From Acidimicrobiaceae bacterium (lineage in GTDB: Bacteria > Actinomycetota > Acidimicrobiia > Acidimicrobiales > MedAcidi-G1): a DNA stretch of 64,000 nt. The notes beneath the pieces were generated by a model that was not told the origin of the DNA, searched no databases, and saw only the letters and a program-made list of their open reading frames with translations. Shown here in pieces: positions 46,040 to 56,138 of the stretch (its first letter is position 1; each line of letters opens with the position of its first letter). The stretch covers positions 50,566-114,565 of the forward strand of contig NZBE01000019.1 in assembly GCA_002687745.1 (NCBI GenBank), written 5' to 3'. The translations under genes were made by a program, and so were the position numbers.

Positions 46040-49000
46040 TCAGCCCCGGGTCGAGGCCATGATCGCCTCGACCTCGTCGCTTCCAGCGGCACGGGCTGCC
46101 GCTGCGGCCTCGAGAACGCGCTTGTAGTCGACAGGCATCACCTTGAAGAAGGAGTTGCCCACAGTGCTCCAGCCTCCGAGCAGATCCTCGGCAAGACCAG
46201 ACCTGGTCTCCACATGATGGCGTTCGATCACGGCCCGCAGCCAGTCGCGGTCCTCGTCGTCAAGGTCCTCCAGGAGCACCATCTCGGGGTTGACCCGGGA
46301 CGCGGCCGCTCCTGTCGGGTCGTAGACGAAGGCAACTCCACCTGACATGCCCGCAGCGAAGTTGCGTCCGATTCCGCCGAGAACCACCGCCCTACCGCCG
46401 GTCATGTACTCGCATCCGTGGTCACCAACCCCCTCAACCACAGCCAGGGCCCCTGAGTTGCGGACGCAGAAGCGCTCGCCGACCCTCCCCCTGATGAACA
46501 CCTCTCCCGAGGTCGCTCCGTACAGGATGACGTTGCCGGCTATCACCTGCTCCTCGGGGAGGAAGGGAGAGTCGACAGGAGGGCTGATGACGATCCGGCC
46601 TCCGGAGAGTCCCTTGCCCACGTAGTCGTTTGCGTCGCCCGACAGTCGAAGTGTGATGCCCTTCGGCACGAATGCACCGAGGCTGTTCCCGGCCGAACCC
46701 TCGAGGTTGACTCGGATCGTGTCGTCCGGCAGGCCGTTGCCTCCGTAGCGGCTGGTCAGCTCATAGCCGAGCATCGTGCCGACAGTCCTGTTCACATTCC
46801 GGACAGGGCAGGTGATTGTTGTAGGCGATCCGTCCTCCAGCGAGGCGGTCGCCATCCTGATCAGGTCGTTGTCGAGTGCTGCATCAAGCCCGTGGTCCTG
46901 TCCGCCGGTGTTGCACCGGTCAGCGGCCTCGGGGAGGTCGGGCATGTGGAGGATCGGCCCGAGATCCAGGTGGGAGGCCTTCCAGTGGTCGATGGCGGCG
47001 ACCGTGTCGAGTACCTCAACCTGTCCGATCGCCTCCTGGATGCTCCGGAAGCCGAGGGATGCCAGAATCTCCCTCACCTCCTCGGCCAGAAATTCGAAGA
47101 AGGTAACGACGAACTCGGGCTTGCCGGAGAACTTCTTCCGGAGTTCGGGGTTCTGTGTCGCTACACCAACGGGGCAGGTGTCCAGGTGGCAGACGCGCAT
47201 CATCACGCAGCCGGAGACGACAAGTGGTGCCGTTGCGAAGCCGAACTCGTCTGCTCCCAGCAGTGCGGCGACAACTACGTCACGGCCGGTCTTGAGTTGG
47301 CCGTCCACCTGTACGACGATCCTGTCGCGGAGGTCGTTCATCAGGAGGGTCTGTTGCGTCTCGGCCAGCCCCAGCTCCCATGGTGCTCCGGCATGCTTGA
47401 TCGAGGTCAGCGGAGAGGCACCTGTTCCGCCATCGTGTCCCGATATCAACACGACATCTGCGTGTGCCTTGGAGACGCCGGCAGCAACCGTGCCTACACC
47501 CACCTCGGCTACGAGCTTGACGTGCACCCGGCTGGATGGATTGGAGTTCTTGAGATCGTGAACCAGTTGCGCCAGGTCTTCGATCGAGTAGATGTCGTGA
47601 TGAGGTGGAGGCGAGATGAGGGCAACACCCGGCGTGGAGTGACGGGTTCGGGCAATCCACGGGTACACCTTGTGGCCCGGAAGTTGCCCGCCCTCCCCCG
47701 GCTTTGCGCCCTGGGCCATCTTGATCTGAAGGTCGTCACTGTTGACGAGATACTCGCTTGTCACACCGAAGCGTCCTGAGGCGACCTGTTTGATAGCGGA
47801 CCTTCGCAGGTCGCCGTTCTGTTCCGGCGCGTAGCGGGCAGGGTCTTCACCCCCCTCCCCGGTATTTGACTTGCCGCCGAGCCGGTTCATTGCAATGGCC
47901 AGAGTTTCGTGGGCCTCGGCTGAGATCGATCCGTACGACATTGCTCCGGTGGAAAACCGCCTGACTATCTCACTGACCGGTTCGACCTCGTCAACGGGGA
48001 TAGCGGGGCGCAGGTCGTCGCGGAAACGGAACAGGCCGCGGAGCGTTGCCAGGCTCCGGGCCTGGTCATCGACCATTCGGGTGTACTCCCTGAAGATGTC
48101 ATAGCGATCTGTCCGGGTCGCATGCTGGAGGCGGAAGACCGTCTCAGGGTTGAAAAGGTGGTGTTCGCCTTCGCGGCGCCACTGGTACTCGCCTCCGACC
48201 TCGAGGGTTCTGTGCGCCCTCTCCTCGGGACGCTCAGGGAACGCCGCAGCGTGGCGTTGGGCAACTTCATCGGCAAGGACATCGAAGCCCACACCGCCCA
48301 GTCGGCTGACCACTCCCCTGAAGCACCGGTCGACCACCTCGTCGCCGAGGCCGATGGCCTCAAAGATCTGGGCTCCCGTATAGGAGGCAACCGTGGAGAT
48401 GCCCATCTTGGACATCACCTTCAGGATCCCCTTGTCGCATGCCCGGATGAAGTTCTGTCTTGCTGCCTCCGGGGTCAGGGTCGCAGGCAGCCCGTGTGCT
48501 CCCGTGGCGAGCATCAGGTCGATTGACTCGAACGCCACATACGGACAGACGCCACCCGCGCCGAAGCCGAGGAGCAGGGCAACGTGGTGAACCTCGCGGG
48601 CATCTCCACTCTCGACCACAAGGCCCACAAGTGTCCGTGTCTTCTCGGATATCAGGTGGTGGTGGACTGCTCCTGTGGCCAGAAGGGAGGGAACTGGCGC
48701 CATTTCGACGTTGGTGCCACGATCACTGATGACGATTACGTTGGCACCGCTGCGGATTGCCGTAGATGCCTCGCCTGCAAGACGTTCGAGCGCCCGGGTG
48801 AGGCCGGCACCTCCATCCTTGACCGGGTAGCAGGCATCCAGAACCGTCGTGTTGAAGCCCGATGGATCAGCCTCCCCGTCGAGCCTGACTATCGAGGCCA
48901 ACTCAGCCTCGGTCAGAACCGGATGGGGTAGGCGGATCTGCCGGCAACTTTCGGCTGTCGGGTTGAGGAGATTCGCCTCGGAACCGATGTTGCCAGCCAC

Positions 49001-50656
49001 CGAGGTGATGAGCTCCTCCCGCATTGCATCAAGTGGAGGGTTGGTTACCTGTGCAAACAGCTGCTGGAAGTAGTCATAGATGAGCCTGGGGCGCTCCGAC
49101 AGAGCGGCAATTGGCGTGTCCGACCCCATGGAGCCGATTGCCTCCCTGGCGTCCCTGGCCATCGGCGCCACCAGCAACTTCAGCTCCTCGAGCGTGTAAC
49201 CGAAGGTCTGCTGTCGACGCAGTGTCCGCGTGTCAGGTTCCGGAAGCTCGTCGCCGGAGGGGAGATCGGCCAGGTGCACCAGGTGGTCATCGAGCCAGCT
49301 TCTGTACGGCCTGGCTGATGCCAGGTTCGCCTTGATCTCATCGTCCCGGATGATCCGCCCCTGGAGCGTGTCAATGAGGAACATGCGGCCGGGCTCAAGC
49401 CTGCCCTTTTCGATGATCTTCGAGGGTGCGATGTCGACCACGCCGACCTCACTGGCCATCACCACCAGGTCGTCGTCGGTTACCCAGTATCGGCTCGGCC
49501 TGAGGCCGTTCCGGTCAAGGACTGCCCCGATAACCGAGCCGTCGGTGAAGGCGATCGAGGCTGGGCCGTCCCATGGCTCCATCAGGGAGGCGTGGTACTC
49601 GTAGAAGGCCAACCTGTCAGGGTCCATCTCCCGGTGGTTCTCCCATGGTTCCGGGATCATCATCATGACGGCCTCCGGCAGCGGGTAGCCACCGAGGTAG
49701 AGAAGTTCGAGCGCCTCGTCGAAGCCGGCGGTGTCGCTGGCTCCCGGGGTGCAGATCGGAAAGATCCGCTCCAGGTCCCCGGGAAGCAGATCGGTTTCCA
49801 GGAGTGCCTCCCGTGCACGCATCCAGTTGCGGTTCCCCTGCACAGTGTTGATCTCGCCATTGTGGGCGATGAGGCGGTAGGGATGTGCGAGCGGCCAGGA
49901 GGGAAAGGTGTTCGTCGAGAAGCGGGAATGAACGAGCGCCATGGCGCTCTTCATACGCGGGTCGGTCAGGTCAGGGAAGAATGCACCGAGTTGATCCGTG
50001 GTGAGCATCCCCTTGTAGACAATGGTCTGCGACGAAAGGGATGCAAAGTACACGCCGTCGTGTCCACCTCCTGCACCACCCATCCCAACTGCGGGATCGG
50101 CTGTCTCCTCCAGGCTGATCTCGTGTTCAGATCGTTTCCGGAGCATGTAGGCGAGTCGGTCGAGGTCAATCCCGGCCAACCTCACACCGCCGGAGTCACA
50201 GGAGGCCAGGAAGACCTGCCTGAAGGTCGGTTCAGCAGCCTTGGCGGCAGGTCCGATCATCGAGTCGTCAACGGGAAGGTCACGCCAGCCGAGCACTTCG
50301 AGGCCCTCTTCCCGGGCCAGCGAGGCGACGGTCGCCTCCACCGACGCTGCATCACGGGAATCGCGTGGAAGAAAGGCGATTCCCGTCGCGTACTCGCCGA
50401 CGTCCGGCAGATCGAAGTCGACGACCTCCCGGTAGAAGGCATCAGGAACCTGAATCAGGATTCCTGCACCGTCACCTGTGTTCTTCTCAGCGCCCAGCGC
50501 ACCGCGGTGCGCCATGTTGCACAGGGCGCCGATTCCAAGTTCCAGGATCTCATGGCTGGCTTCACCGCGCAGGTGGCACACGAAGTTGACACCGCATGCG
50601 TCATGCTCGAAGCGGGGATCGTAGAGACCCCGGGCCTGCGACCTGTGTGTTGACAT
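46040..50656 (-). CDS. gltB: Glutamate synthase large subunit
   Basis: 1538 aa. N-terminal Ntn amidotransferase (CGVNFV after Met), central FMN domain, 3Fe-4S domain, and a C-terminal GXGXG beta-helix. Confidence 0.96.
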   Translation of the reverse strand: MSTHRSQARGLYDPRFEHDACGVNFVCHLRGEASHEILELGIGALCNMAHRGALGAEKNTGDGAGILIQVPDAFYREVVDFDLPDVGEYATGIAFLPRDSRDAASVEATVASLAREEGLEVLGWRDLPVDDSMIGPAAKAAEPTFRQVFLASCDSGGVRLAGIDLDRLAYMLRKRSEHEISLEETADPAVGMGGAGGGHDGVYFASLSSQTIVYKGMLTTDQLGAFFPDLTDPRMKSAMALVHSRFSTNTFPSWPLAHPYRLIAHNGEINTVQGNRNWMRAREALLETDLLPGDLERIFPICTPGASDTAGFDEALELLYLGGYPLPEAVMMMIPEPWENHREMDPDRLAFYEYHASLMEPWDGPASIAFTDGSVIGAVLDRNGLRPSRYWVTDDDLVVMASEVGVVDIAPSKIIEKGRLEPGRMFLIDTLQGRIIRDDEIKANLASARPYRSWLDDHLVHLADLPSGDELPEPDTRTLRRQQTFGYTLEELKLLVAPMARDAREAIGSMGSDTPIAALSERPRLIYDYFQQLFAQVTNPPLDAMREELITSVAGNIGSEANLLNPTAESCRQIRLPHPVLTEAELASIVRLDGEADPSGFNTTVLDACYPVKDGGAGLTRALERLAGEASTAIRSGANVIVISDRGTNVEMAPVPSLLATGAVHHHLISEKTRTLVGLVVESGDAREVHHVALLLGFGAGGVCPYVAFESIDLMLATGAHGLPATLTPEAARQNFIRACDKGILKVMSKMGISTVASYTGAQIFEAIGLGDEVVDRCFRGVVSRLGGVGFDVLADEVAQRHAAAFPERPEERAHRTLEVGGEYQWRREGEHHLFNPETVFRLQHATRTDRYDIFREYTRMVDDQARSLATLRGLFRFRDDLRPAIPVDEVEPVSEIVRRFSTGAMSYGSISAEAHETLAIAMNRLGGKSNTGEGGEDPARYAPEQNGDLRRSAIKQVASGRFGVTSEYLVNSDDLQIKMAQGAKPGEGGQLPGHKVYPWIARTRHSTPGVALISPPPHHDIYSIEDLAQLVHDLKNSNPSSRVHVKLVAEVGVGTVAAGVSKAHADVVLISGHDGGTGASPLTSIKHAGAPWELGLAETQQTLLMNDLRDRIVVQVDGQLKTGRDVVVAALLGADEFGFATAPLVVSGCVMMRVCHLDTCPVGVATQNPELRKKFSGKPEFVVTFFEFLAEEVREILASLGFRSIQEAIGQVEVLDTVAAIDHWKASHLDLGPILHMPDLPEAADRCNTGGQDHGLDAALDNDLIRMATASLEDGSPTTITCPVRNVNRTVGTMLGYELTSRYGGNGLPDDTIRVNLEGSAGNSLGAFVPKGITLRLSGDANDYVGKGLSGGRIVISPPVDSPFLPEEQVIAGNVILYGATSGEVFIRGRVGERFCVRNSGALAVVEGVGDHGCEYMTGGRAVVLGGIGRNFAAGMSGGVAFVYDPTGAAASRVNPEMVLLEDLDDEDRDWLRAVIERHHVETRSGLAEDLLGGWSTVGNSFFKVMPVDYKRVLEAAAAARAAGSDEVEAIMASTRG

Positions 50657-50842
50657 CGGTTCCTACCTGTACGCGGATGTGCTCAAGACAGAGGACTGCC
50701 GGCCCTGGGCGTCGTCGGCTAGAGCCACGGCTGCCGGGGGCAACCTCTGATGCGGCCACGACGGTGGGGCTCCCCTTCGGCCTGGCCGGCACCTGGGGCG
50801 GAGAGGTGCAGACCTGCATCCATCTCCCGAATCTGAGCAACC

Positions 50843-50848
50843 AATATA
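50843..50848 (-). promoter_or_regulatory. Candidate -10 hexamer (TATATT) for gltBD
   Basis: This is the only AT-rich hexamer in the 240-bp gltB upstream region. It would give a leader of roughly 180 nt. I saw no convincing -35. Confidence 0.25.
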
Positions 50849-50896
50849 GGACGTGTGGCGGCTCCCGCCGATCCCGGGTGGCGTACTCCGGACCGG

Positions 50897-52426
50897 TCAG
50901 CGTGAGCCGACCCGTCCATGCAGCGTCCTGTAGGGAGCCACCAGCATCAGAAGCATCGGAAAGAGCTCCAGACGCCCGACGAGCATCAGCAATGCCAGAA
51001 CCATCCGAGCCGGTGTAGAGAACCCGTCGACGAAGGATGCCGTTGGTCCGGCCCTGTTCAGGGCGGGACCCATGTTTCCGAGAGATCCGACGACCCCGCC
51101 CATGGCAGTCACAAGGTCGGTTCCGAGAGCGGCCACCACGAGTGTCCCGGCCACCACGAGCATCCCGTAGACGACCATGAAGCCGGCAATCCGCTCAACC
51201 ATTGGTTCAGCCATGGTTCCGCTTCCGTGCCGCACAGGTAGAACCGCGCGTGGGTGGCGGACGCCGCGGAGGGTTCTACGGGCGTGGGACACACCAACGA
51301 CCAGGCGCATCACCTTCACACCCCCCGAGGTCGAACCGGTGCAGCCACCTGTCATCAACAGGACCAGCAGTATGAGCTGGGGTCCCGCGGCCCACCTCAC
51401 GAAGTCTCCGTCGCTGCCGGAACCCGTCGCGTTGCCGAAGCCACCGCTGGTGCCGAGTGTGACAACGTTGAATGCAGCCGCGCGGAGAGCCCGTGTGAAG
51501 CCCATGCCGTCGTCGAGCAACAGGATGGTCACGACCAGTGTGGCTCCGGTGAGCAGCCAGATATAGCCACGGAACTCCGGGTCGCGGTGGTGGACCGGCC
51601 GCCTCGCTGCAAGGGATCTCGAGTGAAGGGTGAAGCTGGCTCCACCGAGGATGAGGCCGATCATGATGACCATCTCGACAGCGACGCTGTCCCAGTAGCC
51701 GATCGAGGCGTCTCTCGTGGAGAAGCCGCCGGTCGATGCCGTGGTGAAGGCGTGTGCGACGGCGTCGAAAGGTGACATGCCGACTGCTACCAGCGCGACT
51801 GCGATCAGGCAGGTGATGCCCACATAGAGGTACCAGAATCGCCTTGCTGTCTGGGCAATTCGGGGGGCCAGGCGGTCACCTCCCTCACCGGGGGCCTCCG
51901 CCCCGATCAGGCCGAGGCCGCTGGCGCGCAGGGCAGGAAGCACGGTCACAACCAATACGACGATTCCCATGCCGCCGATCCACTGGGTGAACTGGCGGTA
52001 CATCAATATGCCCGGTCCCTGGTTGGCAATCAGGTTGTGGGACCCGAACACCGTTGAGCCGGTGCAGGAGAATCCAGAGACCGATTCGAACAGTGAATCG
52101 GCGAGGATCACCGGAAAGGAGATTCCGGTTCGATGAAATGTCCCCGCGAACAGGTACGGGAGTGTGCCGAAGGCAGAGACGACCAGCCACGTTCCTGCCA
52201 CGGCTGAGTAGACCGTTGCCCTGTCAATCTGGCCGGGCCGGGTCCACAGCCACAGTGCCATACCGGCCACGAGGGTCACCAGGGCAGCCAACGCCATTGC
52301 CGGCCCCTGTTCTCCGCCTGCGAATTCGACCACTGCGGTACTGAACATTCCGGCGGCCACGAAGAGGAGGGCGATCCCGGTCACCTGCCCCGTTGTCGTC
52401 TCCCACCTTCCTGTCGGCCGCTTCAC
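50897..52426 (-). CDS. trkH: TrkH-family potassium uptake membrane protein (second copy)
   Basis: Multi-TM TrkH/KtrB-like sequence. Start set at GTG 52426, which overlaps the upstream trkH stop (GTGA). The ORF-track extension reaches 52585. Confidence 0.85.
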   Translation of the reverse strand: MKRPTGRWETTTGQVTGIALLFVAAGMFSTAVVEFAGGEQGPAMALAALVTLVAGMALWLWTRPGQIDRATVYSAVAGTWLVVSAFGTLPYLFAGTFHRTGISFPVILADSLFESVSGFSCTGSTVFGSHNLIANQGPGILMYRQFTQWIGGMGIVVLVVTVLPALRASGLGLIGAEAPGEGGDRLAPRIAQTARRFWYLYVGITCLIAVALVAVGMSPFDAVAHAFTTASTGGFSTRDASIGYWDSVAVEMVIMIGLILGGASFTLHSRSLAARRPVHHRDPEFRGYIWLLTGATLVVTILLLDDGMGFTRALRAAAFNVVTLGTSGGFGNATGSGSDGDFVRWAAGPQLILLVLLMTGGCTGSTSGGVKVMRLVVGVSHARRTLRGVRHPRAVLPVRHGSGTMAEPMVERIAGFMVVYGMLVVAGTLVVAALGTDLVTAMGGVVGSLGNMGPALNRAGPTASFVDGFSTPARMVLALLMLVGRLELFPMLLMLVAPYRTLHGRVGSR

Positions 52427-53922
52427 AGGCTTCCACCATGTCTGTGTGCCCGATATCGGCGGCTGACCCTGGCCTTGTCGCGGAGAAGGCTCAGGAGGGA
52501 GGCAACTGCAACGACAGCCGGATAGATGGACAGTCGGCCGAACACCATCGCCGGGAGGAGAGCCAGCCGCACCGATCGTGGCCACTCGGTTGGGTCGACC
52601 ATGACTCCGTCGAGGCCGCGCACCGGCCCGGCCGTTGCGGTTGCGTGTACCGCCGCTGAGATGGAGGCGGCCAGGTCGAGGCCGAACACAGCGACCACGA
52701 ATGCGGTGGAGAAGGTCACAGCCACGAACAGGAACTGCAGGACCACGATCTGGCGCAGCGTGTCCTCGCCGGCGACGCGCCGGTCCAGACGCACCTTCAG
52801 GACCGCCCTCGGGTGGAGCTGCCGGGCCATCTCACGGAGTGCCATCTTCATGAGCGCCCTGTGCTGGCGTATCTGGAGGCCGCCACCGGCGGATCCGCTC
52901 ATCGCTCCTACCGAAACCAGCAGAAGCAGGAGCACCGGTGCTGCCGTCGACCATTCGGAAGGTACGTCCATCGGGAAGCCGGTTGTCGAAACCGAAGCAG
53001 CTACCACGAACAGCAGGCGGCGGGCAGCGGCTAGGTCGACTCCAGTTGACCAGAGGACCAGTAGGAGGACGCCTGCCGCGTTGAGGCCCAGATACATCGA
53101 CAGACCCGTCTGACGGTGCAGCCCTCCCCTGCCCACGAACAGGTGCCAGAATGTCACCATGCTCGATCCTGCGAGGAGCATTCCCCCTATCGCCACCCAC
53201 TGGACCGATGGGTCGGCGAACTCGTCGGCGCCGCTCGTGAAGCCGCCAGTGGAAACGGTGGACATGGCAAGCAGGAGGCCGTCGAACCAGGACTTGCCTG
53301 CGAGCGTGTAGCCGCCCCAGATGAGACCTGTGCCAGGAACGTATAGACGAAGGATGTTACGGGTTGCCGATGCCTCATCGGGCGCCAGAGGTCGATACCC
53401 ACCTGAGCGGGAACGGTCGGCGAACTCACCGCCGAAGCCGAAGAACGGAAGGATCACGATGCCCACCAACAGGGCTGCAAAGCCCCCCAGCCACTGGCTG
53501 CCTGCCCGCAGGAAGCGCAGTCCGTATCCGAGGCCCGCCGGATCGAGCACGCTCATCGCCGTGGTCGTGATCCCGGTAGTCGCCTCGAAGAGAGCGTCGT
53601 CAGGCCGCTGCGTCGCTCCGGTCATCAGGTACAGGCCGGCCACGAGGAGGATTCCCAGTGTCAATGTCAGAGTTGTCGCCACAATGATGTCGACAGGCCT
53701 GGTCCTGCCCGGGCCTCTGACCCGGCCCAACAGGAGGGAGCCGAGCAGGCCCATGCCGCTACCGGTGATCAGCAGGGTCGGCGAGTCGGAACCAGAGCCG
53801 AGCAGGTCGATGAGTCCCGAGCACACGGCCAGGCCCCCAACCATGAGAAGGGCGGCAGACACGGCCCGTGCAGTGGCGGCTGTCCATGACGCCCACGGGC
53901 GACTGCTGTTACCGGCGGCCAC
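52423..53922 (-). CDS. trkH: TrkH-family potassium uptake membrane protein (first copy)
   Basis: Multi-TM TrkH-like sequence. The ORF-track extension to 54123 overlaps trkA. GTG 53922 is the first start after the trkA stop, and confidence in this start is low. Confidence 0.8.
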   Translation of the reverse strand: MAAGNSSRPWASWTAATARAVSAALLMVGGLAVCSGLIDLLGSGSDSPTLLITGSGMGLLGSLLLGRVRGPGRTRPVDIIVATTLTLTLGILLVAGLYLMTGATQRPDDALFEATTGITTTAMSVLDPAGLGYGLRFLRAGSQWLGGFAALLVGIVILPFFGFGGEFADRSRSGGYRPLAPDEASATRNILRLYVPGTGLIWGGYTLAGKSWFDGLLLAMSTVSTGGFTSGADEFADPSVQWVAIGGMLLAGSSMVTFWHLFVGRGGLHRQTGLSMYLGLNAAGVLLLVLWSTGVDLAAARRLLFVVAASVSTTGFPMDVPSEWSTAAPVLLLLLVSVGAMSGSAGGGLQIRQHRALMKMALREMARQLHPRAVLKVRLDRRVAGEDTLRQIVVLQFLFVAVTFSTAFVVAVFGLDLAASISAAVHATATAGPVRGLDGVMVDPTEWPRSVRLALLPAMVFGRLSIYPAVVAVASLLSLLRDKARVSRRYRAHRHGGSL

Positions 53923-53945
53923 AGGGTCGGCGAGCCCTGAGAGGG

Positions 53946-55349
53946 TCAGGCGAACAGGGCGGTGACCCTGTCGACAGACTCCGGTTTGGCGAGGACCACT
54001 ACATGGTCCCGGGAGCGCAGGGTGCTCCGGCCGCGGGCAATCTGTGCCTTTCCGTCTCTGACAATGGCTCCGATCAGGGAGTCGTTGGGCATGTGCAGCT
54101 CTGCCACCGTGCTCCCGGCACATGGACTGGAGTCGGACACGGCGAACTCCAGTATCTCGACGTCACCCTGGAGGTAGGTGGCAACGGCTGCAATGGTTCC
54201 GACATCGCCGCGCACAAACCTGAGCACGCTGTTGGCCGTGGCCGTCCTTGGGCTCAGGGTCGCACCAACCTGATGCGTCTCGAGAAGGTCGAGGAGCTTG
54301 AGCCTGTGAACCACGGCGATGGTTTTCAGGGTTCCTTCGGTTCCGTTGTGAATTGCTCCGGCTGCCTGCGCGTACAGGCATGCCAGGACGTTCGAATCGT
54401 CTTCGCCGGTCAGTGCGATCACGACATCCTGTCCGCCCACATCGGCCTCCTCGAGCATGTCGGCATCGACGATGTCGCCCCTGAACACGAGGGTGCGTGG
54501 GAGTTCTGCAGCGAGCTCTTCGGCCCTTCGCTCGTCCAGTTCGATAATGGCCACATCGATACCGCGGTCGATGAGCGCCTCGGACAGCATCTGGGCGGTG
54601 CGTCCACCGCCCAGCAGCAGGGCACGGGTCGGCATATCGCGGGCAATTCCCAGACGGTGTGTCACGTCCTTGAGGGCCCGCCGTTTACAGATGATTCGAA
54701 GCAGGTCACCCTCGACCAGAACCGCGTCGGCCCGGGGAATGAAGGTTGTCTCCTCGCTGGAGTGGTCACGGGCGTCGGCGTGGCGGGTGATGGAACCGAC
54801 GATGAAGTCCCAGTCGGGCTCCAGGTCCCTGCCCAGGGCGCCAAGCGTGACACCGACCAGCGGCGCGTGCGCCGGGAGCCGCGCACCGATTACCACAACC
54901 TCGCCCCCTGCCATCCTGGCCACATCCAGCGCTCCCGGGTACTCCATCAGCCTGAGCACCTGCTCGGCGACCTCCTCATCGGGGTCGATCACGAGATGGT
55001 CCGTTACACCCTTGAACAGTGCCTTCACCTCGGGTCTCCTGAGGCGGCGGGACTCGACCCTGACGATCGTCTTCTCCACCCCTGCCTGCCGGGCCAGCAG
55101 GGCGGACAACAGGTTGGCCTCGTCGTTGGCGGTTACCGCCACCAGCAGGTCCGCCTTGTCGAGGCCAGCCTGCTGAAGGCAATCGGGGTCCGTGCCGCTA
55201 CCCCTCACGGCCAGAACGTCGAGGTCCTTGTCGATCTCGCGGAACCGGTCCGGGTCGACCTCGATCAGGGCGATGTCGTGTTCCTGGCCGCTCAGGCGAT
55301 CCGCGACGTAACTGCCGACCTCGCCGGCGCCCACAACGATTATGTACAC
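53946..55349 (-). CDS. trkA: Trk system NAD-binding protein TrkA (double RCK)
   Basis: Two Rossmann motifs (IIVVGAGEVGSYVA; ALLLGGGRTAQMLS), each followed by an RCK_C domain. GTG start with a GAGGA RBS. Confidence 0.92.
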   Translation of the reverse strand: MYIIVVGAGEVGSYVADRLSGQEHDIALIEVDPDRFREIDKDLDVLAVRGSGTDPDCLQQAGLDKADLLVAVTANDEANLLSALLARQAGVEKTIVRVESRRLRRPEVKALFKGVTDHLVIDPDEEVAEQVLRLMEYPGALDVARMAGGEVVVIGARLPAHAPLVGVTLGALGRDLEPDWDFIVGSITRHADARDHSSEETTFIPRADAVLVEGDLLRIICKRRALKDVTHRLGIARDMPTRALLLGGGRTAQMLSEALIDRGIDVAIIELDERRAEELAAELPRTLVFRGDIVDADMLEEADVGGQDVVIALTGEDDSNVLACLYAQAAGAIHNGTEGTLKTIAVVHRLKLLDLLETHQVGATLSPRTATANSVLRFVRGDVGTIAAVATYLQGDVEILEFAVSDSSPCAGSTVAELHMPNDSLIGAIVRDGKAQIARGRSTLRSRDHVVVLAKPESVDRVTALFA

Positions 55350-55352
55350 CGG

Positions 55353-55925
55353 CTAATCCTCGCCGATCGGCGGCTCTGGGCGGAGGATGCCCAGCTCCGT
55401 CACGATTATGTCGAGAGGGACGTCCCACGGCCGGGGTTCGGGCAGCGGGACAACCTGGAAGCTGTGTGCGATACCGATCAGGGCCGGTGGCGCTGGCTGA
55501 CCGAGTCGAAATGCAAAGGTCCGGTCGTAGTAGCCCGCACCGTGACCCAGGCGGTTGCCCCTTCGGTCGGCCGCCACCAGAGGAACCAGGACGGCATCAA
55601 GGCATTCAGGAGGTACCCGTTCGCCCCTGTTCGGCTGGCTGGTGCCGTACGGTCCGGGTTGCAGCGGGCCTTCGGGTATGACGAACTCAAGGTCTCCGTG
55701 GGGCTTGACCACGGGAAGTGCAACGCAGAGCTCTTCTGCCAGCAGGGATGGCCAGGGGTCGATCTCTCCACCCATTCCGACGTACGCCCCGATCCTGCCC
55801 GCGGCCTTGAACTCGTCAAGTTCCATCACGTACGCCATGGTCATGGAACTCGCCCGTTGAACGGCGTCGTCAGCAAGAGCGCGTCTCTGTCTGAGCATCT
55901 GGAGCCGCACAGGATCGGACTTCAT
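55353..55925 (-). CDS. 5-formyltetrahydrofolate cyclo-ligase
   Basis: VLVPLVAADRRGNRLGHGAGYYDRTF signature. Start set at ATG 55925 (MKSDPVRLQMLRQRR...). Confidence 0.8.
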   Translation of the reverse strand: MKSDPVRLQMLRQRRALADDAVQRASSMTMAYVMELDEFKAAGRIGAYVGMGGEIDPWPSLLAEELCVALPVVKPHGDLEFVIPEGPLQPGPYGTSQPNRGERVPPECLDAVLVPLVAADRRGNRLGHGAGYYDRTFAFRLGQPAPPALIGIAHSFQVVPLPEPRPWDVPLDIIVTELGILRPEPPIGED

Positions 55926-56138
55926 TGGACGATGTTCGTCCAGAGAGGCTCCCGATTCCAGTACCGGGTGACAAATGTCGCTGGACTGGTGTTTGAAGCG
56001 CCCCCATCCGGTCACTAGCGTCACCCCGGTTCTTGTTCCGGGGTATTCAGATATCTGCCGGAGCCCAGGAACCCGTCGACCGGTGCAGTTGCCGGATTCA
56101 CACGACAGACGTATCCCGACACCTCAGGAGATCGACCC

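Noticed and set aside
46347-50653. Several 90-350-aa plus-strand ORFs (e.g. 46776-47561, 46892-47779, 49592-50653)
   Set aside because: All are antisense shadows of gltB. None has a recognisable domain or start context.
53868-56018. 716-aa ORF on the plus strand
   Set aside because: It is antisense to trkA and the 5-FTHF cyclo-ligase, both of which have clear motifs and proper RBS/start contexts. The translation is low-complexity with no motifs.
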